19,419 bases of DNA from a virus (taxonomy: Duplodnaviria; Heunggongvirae; Uroviricota; Caudoviricetes): the IMG/VR virus record IMGVR_UViG_2645727562_000003, positions 1 to 19,419 of that record. One strand, written 5' to 3'. The number at the start of each line of letters is the position of its first letter. Positions within the stretch are counted from its first letter, which is position 1. The translations under genes were made by a program, and so were the position numbers. Shown here piece by piece: positions 1-7,409 of the stretch. The notes beneath the pieces were generated by a model. It searched no databases. It was not told the origin of the DNA and saw only the letters and a program-made list of their open reading frames with translations.

Positions 1-969
1 CCCAACTTCTGAGGCGGCCTGAGATTCCATACGAATATGTGCAGAAATATGCTCTCCAATATCTATTGGTGCGAACAGGCCTGTTGTACGGTCAATAGTT
101 AAGGGGAAGATAGCTGCGCTATCTGAGGATATGGTGACTTCACCTTCACAGAAGAACGTGTCACCATTTATGGAATAAACTTTACAATCTGACCATTCCA
201 CTCGCTTCATGCGAATAGGGTTTCGGTTGAGGATGGCCTGCTTAGCCAGATAATCCACTTCTCCACCGGTTGCTTTAAAGTTCAGGTGCGTAAATTCAAA
301 CGTACCCTCCCCCTCGTACTGCAACGATTTAAACAGTGAGTACAGATCACTGTCGAATCTCAGGGTGACATTTTTATCAATGATTACTTTACTGTTCGCA
401 AGGAAAGAAGCGTTAGCAGCTGTAGACGGTACGGTGTACACCATCTGATTTTTTGAATGATTAGAGAAGTAAACATACCCGTAGGTCGCAACACTATCGC
501 GCCACGCCTGGACTACGTTAGAATTATCATAACTTGGAATTTTTGTGATCGACTGCAAAACAAGATCTTCCTGTGAGATAGCTCCGTTTACCAGATTAAC
601 ACCTCCTTGAGATGCAAGATCTTGCCTGAGTTGGTCAGGGTCATACTTCAGCACATTCGAAAAATAGAACTGCTGAGCACCGTACGCATCATAAACAGCC
701 ATAGAATGCCCTTGTACAGTAACGAACTTAGCAATCTGTCCGTTATATACAGGGTAGCCAGCAGCGTTAATGATGATTGGTTGCGAAACAGGAACGTGAG
801 AGCCATCTTCGTTCTCCACATAAACCTGAATCTGGTTTTCAGGATTTACCGGGTCAGTGTCAATTTTACCGATATAAATTTTACCATTGGCTACGGCTTT
901 AAAAGAACGAGCCATAGTGAAGAGTTGCGAAGGCATGCTTACCACAACATTTGCGGTGATATCTGTCAT
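1..969 (-). CDS. Tailspike protein, partial (N-terminal 323 codons; gene continues past the left edge of the window)
   Basis: Minus-strand ATG at 967-969 with GGAG 8 nt upstream. N-terminus [43 protein letters not shown] matches the P22 gp9 head-binding domain from memory. I checked every in-frame triplet from 1 to 969 and found no stop. After YDPDQ the sequence diverges from the P22/Sf6/HK620 tailspikes as I remember them. Not in the ORF track because it has no in-window stop. Confidence 0.85.
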   Translation of the reverse strand, partial: MTDITANVVVSMPSQLFTMARSFKAVANGKIYIGKIDTDPVNPENQIQVYVENEDGSHVPVSQPIIINAAGYPVYNGQIAKFVTVQGHSMAVYDAYGAQQFYFSNVLKYDPDQLRQDLASQGGVNLVNGAISQEDLVLQSITKIPSYDNSNVVQAWRDSVATYGYVYFSNHSKNQMVYTVPSTAANASFLANSKVIIDKNVTLRFDSDLYSLFKSLQYEGEGTFEFTHLNFKATGGEVDYLAKQAILNRNPIRMKRVEWSDCKVYSINGDTFFCEGEVTISSDSAAIFPLTIDRTTGLFAPIDIGEHISAHIRMESQAASEVG

Positions 970-1027
970 TTAATTTGCTCCAGATACAAGGAATCGCCGC
1001 AGCATGGCTACGGTGAATTTTGGGCAT

Positions 1028-1051
1028 AAAAAAACCCAGCCGAAGCTGGGT
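1028..1051 (-). terminator. Rho-independent terminator downstream of the KilA-N antirepressor gene, upstream of the tailspike gene
   Basis: Plus strand aaaaaaa-cccagc-cgaa-gctggg; on the minus strand this is a GC-rich 6-7 bp stem with tetraloop followed by a 7-U tract. Confidence 0.6.
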
Positions 1052-1069
1052 CGTTGCGTTGGTTATCTG

Positions 1070-1960
1070 TCAGTAGTTATGTACTGAAGGAGGTAATTCT
1101 TTATTCTTAAGTCTCATCCATGCGGAAAGATTCGTTGGTCCGTCTGGCTCATTAATATCAACATCTCGTGTATGGTTGATTAAAACATCTCTCGCCATAT
1201 CGATAATACGGGAGAACTCATAACCGCAGTCATGACATCTGCCGGAATAGTTCGATTGAATTTGTTTTAGCGCCGGATACAGTTCGCGGAATAACGCCTG
1301 TGAGCGGTTGGCATAATCCCATAACCATACAAGGCTGTTTGCTTCTTTTGCAGAAAGCTCGTTGGTTTTCTTCTCTTGTTTGCCGATGAATTCACCTTCA
1401 AGCACTACCCTGTGGATGTACTCTACGGCCAGCGGGATTTGTTCAATTGAAAGTTCATCAATGCTGTCAATACCAAAACGCTGATGAACCATATTGTATG
1501 CATCGTCATAGCGAAGTCCTTTCTTTCCTACCAGCATGTTTACTGCATCTCGTAGCGGCGTGCGTTCAGCTACTGAAGTTTTACCGCCAATAGCCTTCCT
1601 CTCTTGTGTGGCAGTAACCATTGCGTCATATGCGCGGATAACCTTCAGCGCAAATGCTGCGCTAATCCACATGGCGTAGGAGTAAACAAGCTCCTTGCAC
1701 ACGTATGTTCCACCATATCTACCTTTCTTAGAAATGACGGGATTCTTATTCTGCATATCCGCAGAATTAAAAATTTCATTAATCAATTCAATAGTTTCAT
1801 TTCTACGCATGAAGAAAGCTGGCTGATGTTTTTCCTCCTTTCCAGACGCTACATGAAGGTCATTAAGCGAGTAACGACCCTCTGAATCCATATGAATCTT
1901 GACGTCAGAAATGATGATGCTATTAGTGCAATTTACAGTTGACTTTGCTAAGCTTGACAT
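1070..1960 (-). CDS. KilA-N domain antirepressor-like protein (occupies the position of P22 ant)
   Basis: Motif [13 protein letters not shown] and surrounding region fit the KilA-N domain. Start chosen at ATG 1958-1960 (MSSLAKSTV...) with GAGG about 10 nt upstream; the track start at 2026 is TTG with a poor SD. Same strand and operon as the arc-like gene. Confidence 0.6.
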   Translation of the reverse strand: MSSLAKSTVNCTNSIIISDVKIHMDSEGRYSLNDLHVASGKEEKHQPAFFMRRNETIELINEIFNSADMQNKNPVISKKGRYGGTYVCKELVYSYAMWISAAFALKVIRAYDAMVTATQERKAIGGKTSVAERTPLRDAVNMLVGKKGLRYDDAYNMVHQRFGIDSIDELSIEQIPLAVEYIHRVVLEGEFIGKQEKKTNELSAKEANSLVWLWDYANRSQALFRELYPALKQIQSNYSGRCHDCGYEFSRIIDMARDVLINHTRDVDINEPDGPTNLSAWMRLKNKELPPSVHNY

Positions 1961-2022
1961 ATCAATAATACCTCGTAAGTTTTGTTGATACCGAAGCCCT
2001 GACTGTTCCCGCAGTTGGGGCT

Positions 2023-2226
2023 TCAACTTTCTGCTCTATCAGTTATATCTTTCCCTTCGTATACTTCACCTATATTGCTAATGCTGGCAGAACATCCAAG
2101 ATGCTTGTATCTTATGATGTCCAACACGCAGTCACTACACAGCATCCGACCTGTTTCTTTAGAGTAAATGTATGTTTGATCAGCGTCTGATTCGCTAATG
2201 CCGCAGAAACAACATTCTTTACTCAT
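2023..2226 (-). CDS. Cys-rich small protein (67 aa), possible zinc-ribbon; unknown function
   Basis: ATG start overlaps the arc-like stop as ATGA (translational coupling). Cys pattern CCxC ... CxxC (C5, C6, C8, C30, C33). Confidence 0.45.
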   Translation of the reverse strand: MSKECCFCGISESDADQTYIYSKETGRMLCSDCVLDIIRYKHLGCSASISNIGEVYEGKDITDRAES

Positions 2227-2363
2227 ACCATCACCCCCTCTCTCTTCAAGCTGTCCAGCACCCGTTTAATTACTTCTGCGCTAAACGATCGACACTCTTC
2301 CTTTGCTTTCTCTTCAAGGATTTTTTCTAACTTCTCTGGCATACGCAGTGTTTTTACCTTCAT
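2223..2363 (-). CDS. arc: Arc-like ribbon-helix-helix repressor (46 aa)
   Basis: [46 protein letters not shown] resembles P22 Arc in length and in the SxEV/I..RV..S.K.EG region. ATG 2361-2363 preceded by GGAGG at 5-nt spacing. The track start at 2429 is GTG and less likely. Confidence 0.65.
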   Translation of the reverse strand: MKVKTLRMPEKLEKILEEKAKEECRSFSAEVIKRVLDSLKREGVMV

Positions 2364-2375
2364 TGCATCCTCCGC

Positions 2376-2412
2376 TGTATGTGGTACGCATACATAGTAT
2401 TTAGGTACGCAT
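2376..2412. promoter_or_regulatory. Candidate operator repeats in the divergent promoter region
   Basis: Direct repeat GGTACGCAT at 2383-2391 and 2404-2412, 21 bp centre to centre. Imperfect inverted repeat TGTATG (2376-2381) / CATACA (2389-2394). The repeats overlap the start site, -10 and spacer of the minus-strand promoter. Confidence 0.4.
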
Positions 2413-2422
2413 TGATAGTCAA
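2394..2422 (-). promoter_or_regulatory. Candidate sigma70 promoter for the arc-like / Cys-rich / KilA-N operon (Pant-like)
   Basis: Minus strand reads TTGACT (plus 2417-2422), 17-nt spacer, TACTAT (plus 2394-2399). Predicted transcription start about 24 nt upstream of the arc-like ATG, so the GGAGG SD is included. Confidence 0.5.
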
Positions 2423-2440
2423 TAGACACCTACATATCCT
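2412..2440 (+). promoter_or_regulatory. Candidate divergent sigma70 promoter for the Mnt-paralogue / mnt operon (Pmnt-like)
   Basis: TTGATA (2412-2417), 17-nt spacer, TATCCT (2435-2440). Its -35 abuts the -35 of the minus-strand promoter, sharing 1 bp. Confidence 0.4.
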
Positions 2441-2468
2441 GTGGTAAAAAATTATTCAGGGTGTGCCG

Positions 2469-2726
2469 ATGTCTGATCGTAAGTACAAAAACCCTCAAGT
2501 GAATCTGAGGCTTCCTGTAGAGATAAAGGAACGTCTTATTGAACTGGCTGAGGCTAATTCTCGTTCATTAAATGCTGAGATGGTCGCTGCACTTGAAGCA
2601 TGGACCGAAAAAAATAAACACATTCAAGCACTAGACCTTGCAACTATAGCATCACGATTGATAGATCTTGAACATGATGTTGAGAAGTTGAAATGCATGT
2701 ATGGCAACAATAAAGACGAAAGTTAG
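2469..2726 (+). CDS. Ribbon-helix-helix DNA-binding protein with C-terminal coiled-coil-like tail (Mnt paralogue, 85 aa)
   Basis: N-terminus NPQVNLRLPVEIKERLIELAEANSRSLNAEMVAALEAW parallels the RHH region of Mnt (NFRMPLEVREKLKLRAEANGRLMNSELLQIV). ATG at 2469; the track start at 2463 is GTG. Confidence 0.55.
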   Translation: MSDRKYKNPQVNLRLPVEIKERLIELAEANSRSLNAEMVAALEAWTEKNKHIQALDLATIASRLIDLEHDVEKLKCMYGNNKDES

Positions 2727-2749
2727 AGATACTAACTTGGAGTGATGGC

Positions 2750-3001
2750 ATGGCTAGAGATGATCCGCACTTTAACTTCCGTATGCCTTTGGAAGTAAGA
2801 GAAAAATTGAAATTAAGAGCCGAGGCTAACGGAAGGTTAATGAACTCTGAGTTATTACAAATCGTTCAGGATGCGCTATCAAAACCATCACCGATTGCAG
2901 GTTACCGTGACGAAGCAGAACGCATGGCTGATCAGCAAGCAGAAATTGTTAAGAAGATGGTGTTTGAAACGCTGAAGGATTTGTACAAAAAACCCACCTG
3001 A
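2750..3001 (+). CDS. mnt: Mnt repressor (83 aa)
   Basis: MARDDPHFNFRMPLEVREKLKLRAEANGRLMNSELLQIVQDALSKPSP... is near-identical to P22 Mnt as I remember it. GGAG SD about 8 nt upstream of ATG 2750. Confidence 0.85.
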   Translation: MARDDPHFNFRMPLEVREKLKLRAEANGRLMNSELLQIVQDALSKPSPIAGYRDEAERMADQQAEIVKKMVFETLKDLYKKPT

Positions 3002-3017
3002 AGGTGGGTTAATTTTT
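2991..3017 (+). terminator. Rho-independent terminator after mnt
   Basis: Stem aacccacc (2991-2998), loop tgaa, stem ggtgggtt (3003-3010), then aattttt. The mnt stop codon sits in the loop. Confidence 0.6.
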
Positions 3018-3066
3018 GCATTTACCTGGGCCATATTGACTACTTATAAAATGAGATCAATATTTA
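3016..3066 (+). promoter_or_regulatory. Candidate promoter for the YjzC-like moron gene
   Basis: TTGACT at 3036-3041 is a good -35. Possible -10 elements (AATATT 3059-3064, TATAAA 3045-3050) are imperfect or badly spaced, so the exact promoter is unresolved. Confidence 0.3.
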
Positions 3067-3100
3067 ATCGCCCAATAACGGGTGTATGTTGAGGTATATC

Positions 3101-3280
3101 ATGGCGAAAAAACCAGGTGAAAACACAGGAAAAAACGGCGGAATATACCAAGAAGTTGGCCCACGCGGCGGTAAGAAAGACAATTTTGCAACCGTCAAGG
3201 ACAACGAAAGGCTTCCACCAACAACAAAGCCAGGTCATGGCTGGGTATTGGATAAGCGAACTCCAGACAGCAAAAAGTAA
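3101..3280 (+). CDS. YjzC-like small protein (59 aa)
   Basis: MAKKPGENTGKNGGIYQEVGPRGGKKDNFATVKDNERLPPTTKPGHGWVLDKRTPDSKK; the pattern KPG..NGG.Y.EVG ... P.T ... W resembles the YjzC-like family from memory. ATG 3101 preceded by GAGG at 6-nt spacing; the track start at 3086 is TTG. Followed by its own terminator. Confidence 0.6.
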   Translation: MAKKPGENTGKNGGIYQEVGPRGGKKDNFATVKDNERLPPTTKPGHGWVLDKRTPDSKK

Positions 3281-3286
3281 TAATCA

Positions 3287-3308
3287 AGCCGGGTCACTCC
3301 GGCTTTTT
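3287..3308 (+). terminator. Rho-independent terminator after the YjzC-like gene
   Basis: agccgg(g)-tcac-ccggct followed by tttt at 3305-3308. The hairpin overlaps the stop codon of the convergent minus-strand gene. Confidence 0.55.
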
Positions 3309-3659
3309 GATATGTCGCTCGCAGAACTCAACAAGCCTGCTCATTAAGTAGCAGTAAGTCTCGTTGGCTCTTCCTGGTTCAACATCAACACCTACCCTTG
3401 AGCAGATATCGAATGCCATGTGAGCGCACTCATGGGCAATAGTAGATAGTTTGCCATTGAACACGCCTATCACATGCAAAACACCATTCTCGCTACTCAC
3501 TGTATGAGACGCTCCGTTGGCGTCCGAGTCATGCACGTCAACGCCAAGTTTTTGATGCAGGCGTTGCCATTCTGGAAAGTCTCTACAAAACACAATTATA
3601 CCGCTCTCAAAGAGCGGAACGAGCATCTTTGGTACGTTTCCAATGTTAACTTTTTTCAT
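3294..3659 (-). CDS. Small HExxH-motif protein (121 aa), putative minimal ImmA/IrrE-like zinc metallopeptidase
   Basis: Motif TIAHECAHM followed 13 residues later by E-PGR-ANETYCYLM, resembling the ImmA/IrrE HExxH ... ExxANxFxxxLL signature. ATG 3657-3659 with AGGA at 4-nt spacing; the track start at 3698 is TTG with no SD. Overlaps an antisense plus-strand reading frame (3474-3689), so the assignment is tentative. Confidence 0.45.
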   Translation of the reverse strand: MKKVNIGNVPKMLVPLFESGIIVFCRDFPEWQRLHQKLGVDVHDSDANGASHTVSSENGVLHVIGVFNGKLSTIAHECAHMAFDICSRVGVDVEPGRANETYCYLMSRLVEFCERHIKKPE

Positions 3660-3689
3660 GGTATCCTGAGCAAAACTAAGGAGGTTGGT

Positions 3690-4079
3690 GTGAAGCAATT
3701 TCTTACTGCTATGTTCTTATTCATATCTTTTGGGGCTACAGCAGAGTGCTGGGTCGTTGGAGATATGCGCGGAATAAGCTATTCAGAACGAAATAATTTC
3801 CATCCGGAAGAAGATGGTTTTAGTGGAACATTCATCATTAAGACAAACGGTGAAGATGCCAGCATCACATATTCTGGGACAGATGCGGGCGGCATGGCTT
3901 ACAAAGCATTGTCTAAAAACTCCATCATAGGAATCGGCGCGAATGGCGAAACTCAACGCGTTATCGACTCATGGGTAATACATCCTACTGGAACAGTTTT
4001 AATGTCAAAAACCATTTCCGGTTATGGAAATATGGATTCAACCAAAGCTTTTGTTGGAAAAGTAAAAAGAAAATGTTAG
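3690..4079 (+). CDS. Secreted/periplasmic protein (129 aa precursor, predicted signal peptidase I signal peptide), unknown function
   Basis: AAGGAGG (3678-3684) 5 nt upstream of GTG 3690. N-terminus MKQFLTAMFLFISFGATA followed by ECWVVG is a canonical signal peptide (basic n-region, hydrophobic core, A-x-A site). Mature protein is Gly/Ser/Thr-rich with Cys at both ends. The track's 201-aa version from ATG 3474 lacks an SD and runs antisense through the HExxH gene. Confidence 0.55.
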   Translation: MKQFLTAMFLFISFGATAECWVVGDMRGISYSERNNFHPEEDGFSGTFIIKTNGEDASITYSGTDAGGMAYKALSKNSIIGIGANGETQRVIDSWVIHPTGTVLMSKTISGYGNMDSTKAFVGKVKRKC

Positions 4080-4103
4080 CGATTGAATCCAATTTCCCAT
4101 ACG

Positions 4104-6014
4104 TTACTGCTGTGTTGCCTCAGTGGCAAGCAGCGGCCTGATGGCATTCGCAGCGTTATTCAGCGTTCTTTCATAGGCTGGCGTTCCTGCTTTGGTGTTT
4201 GCCAGACGTAAGAGAGCATTCCTTGCTGCTTTGGACTCATACAAGCGCATGATTGCACCGAAACCAGATTCAAGCGCCAGTGTTGCCCCAAGAGTCGCAG
4301 TTGCGCCAATCGTCCTTATCCTGTTGGCTTGCGATTGCCCTGTCTGAGTTACAACATTTGCGATGTCTGACCTTGCTGTTTGCTGTAGAACTTCATGAAG
4401 AGCATCAAGCTCTTTCATGTGTCTCCCACTGAATATCGTGTTATAGATCTGACCGTCAGATTGCGACTTCAACTTATTTAACTCGGTAAGAAATTTTGTT
4501 GGCGAGTCTCCTGCCTTTTCTGCAATCTTGCTAATATAAGCAGCACGCATAGCGTTCTTTCCATCTTCACTAAGAGCAGGCCATATCCTCTTAATATCTG
4601 ATGGTTTTCTGCTGAATACAACGCTGTTTATTAGCTCTGGAGTAAACTCTTTTTTAGCTTTGTTGAGATTGTTCGCAATCCTTTTATTGAGAACCTTATT
4701 GAATACGTTGGAGTAGTCAGAGTTTGCTTTGACGTATCTGGCAGCCTCTCCAGCCCCCAAATACCGTGCTGCGTTATTCCTCAAATCTGAACCCATTGCC
4801 CTCTCCACGGCATCAGTTGCGGCTTTCGCGCTATTAGGAAAAACCATGGCATCTCCCTGAATACTTTCCCTTAATGCTGACCGCAACTCTCTCAATAGTC
4901 CAAAATCTACATCTGGTTTAGCAAGTTCTTCTCGCAAATCGGATAGCCCGCGAATCAAATCCTTATTTGCCACTTTCCCAAGCCTGTTAGCCCTGGTAAG
5001 CACGTTGTCGATAACCTTAATGGATTTTGATGTGTCAACAGGTGTATCTCCCATTTTAGTTGTAATGTCTTCAATAACGCTTCCGGCTGAATCCTTCCTT
5101 GACTTCAGAGAACCATACAGATCGTCAACAACAACTGATGGGCTATATTCACCATATTTCTCAAGCTGTTTTTTAACTAGCTGACTTCTTTTTGCATACT
5201 GCTCAGCTCGCTTTGAGCCTGTTCCCAGCAAAGCCCCCTCAGCATCCTGAGTAAGACCACGAGTGAAAGCATTTTTCGGCGGGATTACATCAGATGTCAT
5301 TGGTGTCACGCCCATCGATTCTGATGTGGCAATTTTCTTCGCCACTTCTGGTGCAATATCACCTTTAAAGGCAGTTATTCCACGCTCAAGCCCTTTTGCA
5401 ACAGTATTAACAGCACCACCTGTTAGCATGCCAACACCTATATCTGTTGCCAGTTTTCCCGCATCATTTTTCTCACTGTTTGCGGCGAGCGATCCGACTG
5501 CGTTTTCTGCCAGAAGACGGGTTGCGCCTTGAGTAATTCGACCAGCAAGTGTTGGCGCCTGAGTTGAAGCGCCGCCAACGCCAACAGTAGCCAGGTAAGG
5601 CAATGCCTCCGCAAACACCCTACCTTCTGTCGTTTGTGGAGTCAGAGCACCTTGCTGAAGTCCAAACGCCTGCTCTAATCCCTGAGTTGTTACTCGTGGC
5701 GCTGGTTGATATGTTCCATCGCCAATACCGAGTTTACCGCCAGCCCATGCCGCCGCGCTTGTTACAGCATCGGCAACTGATGCTGGTATATTTGCCACAT
5801 TTACACCAGCCTGCACCAGTCCGCGACCAGTTTCTTTTACTGCTTCGCCGAGGTCAGACATAAATCCATCTTGCTGTTCTACAGGCTGCTTTTGGTTTTG
5901 AGTTGGTTGATTACTGGAGGACAGAATCTGAGCAATGCGACGCGCTCCTTCTGTATCGCCTGCCGCATCAGCGTTCCTTAATGCTGTCATCAACTGTTCA
6001 CGACTATAGGCCAT
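4104..6014 (-). CDS. Ejection (DNA-transfer) protein, P22 gp16 homologue
   Basis: 636 aa, Ala/Gly-rich, last of the three ejection genes in conserved order. GGAGGG SD; start overlaps the gp20 stop as TAATG. Confidence 0.8.
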   Translation of the reverse strand: MAYSREQLMTALRNADAAGDTEGARRIAQILSSSNQPTQNQKQPVEQQDGFMSDLGEAVKETGRGLVQAGVNVANIPASVADAVTSAAAWAGGKLGIGDGTYQPAPRVTTQGLEQAFGLQQGALTPQTTEGRVFAEALPYLATVGVGGASTQAPTLAGRITQGATRLLAENAVGSLAANSEKNDAGKLATDIGVGMLTGGAVNTVAKGLERGITAFKGDIAPEVAKKIATSESMGVTPMTSDVIPPKNAFTRGLTQDAEGALLGTGSKRAEQYAKRSQLVKKQLEKYGEYSPSVVVDDLYGSLKSRKDSAGSVIEDITTKMGDTPVDTSKSIKVIDNVLTRANRLGKVANKDLIRGLSDLREELAKPDVDFGLLRELRSALRESIQGDAMVFPNSAKAATDAVERAMGSDLRNNAARYLGAGEAARYVKANSDYSNVFNKVLNKRIANNLNKAKKEFTPELINSVVFSRKPSDIKRIWPALSEDGKNAMRAAYISKIAEKAGDSPTKFLTELNKLKSQSDGQIYNTIFSGRHMKELDALHEVLQQTARSDIANVVTQTGQSQANRIRTIGATATLGATLALESGFGAIMRLYESKAARNALLRLANTKAGTPAYERTLNNAANAIRPLLATEATQQ

Positions 6015-7399
6015 TACTGCCCTCCGAGATATTTGCTAATTAATTCGTCATCGGACAATTGCTGTTGAGGTTGGCTATCGCCATAACTTGAGGAAAGAAA
6101 GCGTTTTGCCGCAGAGTTCAATGATTCACCCTTCTTAACATCCATCCCCATGATGTTTCGGTTGCGATCAGATTGTCCTGGGCTGCCATTTGCACTCATC
6201 CACTCTGACCTAAACTCGTTGAACTTCGCGTTATTACTTTCCATTTTTGCCATACCCCTTAACCATCGAGCCATGACCATTGGATTATCCGTTTCGCTTG
6301 GAATGCCTTTCCTTGCAAACTCAATATCCTTATCTGATGCAGGGCCGGGAGGGAGAAGCTTGGTTGCCTGCGCATTGGCTAGTTGGTTGAATCTAATCCG
6401 CATATCTCGGAGGTAGTTATCTTGCCCCGTAAGCTTAGTGAACATATTTTCAGCGTTACCGAACAAACCAGGAGTTGGCTTCTCCTTCTCAAGCGTGTCA
6501 GCAAGCGTTGTCATTGAATCGGCAGCATTACGACTAGCTGCCGCATCACCTGCTGATTTTTCTATAGCCTTTTCCATGTTCACTGATAATTTTGGCGCAG
6601 CATTAATAAGTTCCTCGGCCTTCTTTTGTGCCTGTTGTACTTCAAAACCGAATTTCTGCTTATCAAGTGCCAGTCTTTCTGCTGCAAGTCCGTGTCCGGT
6701 CATTGCAGACTGATAGGAAAGGTTTTGCCCCCTAATAGCCCTCGCATTCGTCATGTCATTATTGCGAATGGTTTCGTTAATTCTTTGCTGCTCCTGCTGG
6801 CGACCAACCATCTTATCCTGAACAGCAAACGCCTTTTCTGGTCCAAGCGCACCGAGAGACATAGTAGTCAGCATGTGTGATAGCTGCTCTGGATTCTGGA
6901 TACCTGTCTGAATCATCCAGTCAGCATTAGCACCAACGCGATTTAACCTGTCCTTGTTGTCAGTAATGAATTTACTGTAGGCTTCCGGTCCCTGAGAAAG
7001 AGCGACGTTAGCCCTCATGGCTAAATCGCCCATATCGTTGCGTTGCTGCTCATTAAGACCTGAAAACGCCTGTTGTGCCTGTGCAACAAACGCTGGATTT
7101 TCCTGGGCAAACTTAAATAGTCCCGATGGATCACCAGAAGCCCATGCATCAGCGTGAACCTTATTGAACGCACTAATAGCTTTCTGTTGCTGTTCCTGAT
7201 TGTAAATATCAGCAACTCCAGCCAGACCACGTAACGCGGTCAGGCCAACGTTATTTGCACCTGAGCGAGCCAGTTCATTGTTTTCGCGGATCAGACCAAG
7301 CGTTGCGTTAATGTCGCTTGCCTTTGGCGCATTCTCATTTTGCGCACCGATGCCAGCAAGAAATCCACCAGAATTAATACCCTGTTGCCACGTAGCCAT
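6014..7399 (-). CDS. Ejection (DNA-transfer) protein, P22 gp20 homologue
   Basis: 461 aa; N-terminus [20 protein letters not shown]... matches P22 gp20 from memory; position between gp7 and gp16 homologues. Confidence 0.8.
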   Translation of the reverse strand: MATWQQGINSGGFLAGIGAQNENAPKASDINATLGLIRENNELARSGANNVGLTALRGLAGVADIYNQEQQQKAISAFNKVHADAWASGDPSGLFKFAQENPAFVAQAQQAFSGLNEQQRNDMGDLAMRANVALSQGPEAYSKFITDNKDRLNRVGANADWMIQTGIQNPEQLSHMLTTMSLGALGPEKAFAVQDKMVGRQQEQQRINETIRNNDMTNARAIRGQNLSYQSAMTGHGLAAERLALDKQKFGFEVQQAQKKAEELINAAPKLSVNMEKAIEKSAGDAAASRNAADSMTTLADTLEKEKPTPGLFGNAENMFTKLTGQDNYLRDMRIRFNQLANAQATKLLPPGPASDKDIEFARKGIPSETDNPMVMARWLRGMAKMESNNAKFNEFRSEWMSANGSPGQSDRNRNIMGMDVKKGESLNSAAKRFLSSSYGDSQPQQQLSDDELISKYLGGQ

Positions 7400-7409
7400 T
7401 GATTACCCC

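Noticed and set aside
607-1029. 140-aa plus-strand ORF (TTG start)
   Set aside because: Lies entirely antisense to the tailspike coding sequence, has a non-ATG start with no SD and no recognisable motif; almost certainly a shadow ORF.
1961-2026. TTG start at 2026 giving a 318-aa antirepressor
   Set aside because: TTG with a weak SD; the KilA-N domain begins after the internal ATG at 1960, which has a GAGG SD. Kept as an alternative only.
3044-3347. Overlapping ORFs 3044-3238 (minus), 3117-3347 (plus) and the TTG-extended start at 3086
   Set aside because: They overlap the YjzC-like gene in other frames or strands, lack SD sequences, and the 3117 frame reads through the terminator hairpin; treated as spurious.
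3474-3689. N-terminal 72-codon extension of the 201-aa plus-strand ORF
   Set aside because: No SD before ATG 3474, whereas a near-perfect AAGGAGG precedes GTG 3690 and the sequence from 3690 is a canonical signal peptide. The extension also runs antisense through the HExxH gene. I could not exclude it completely.
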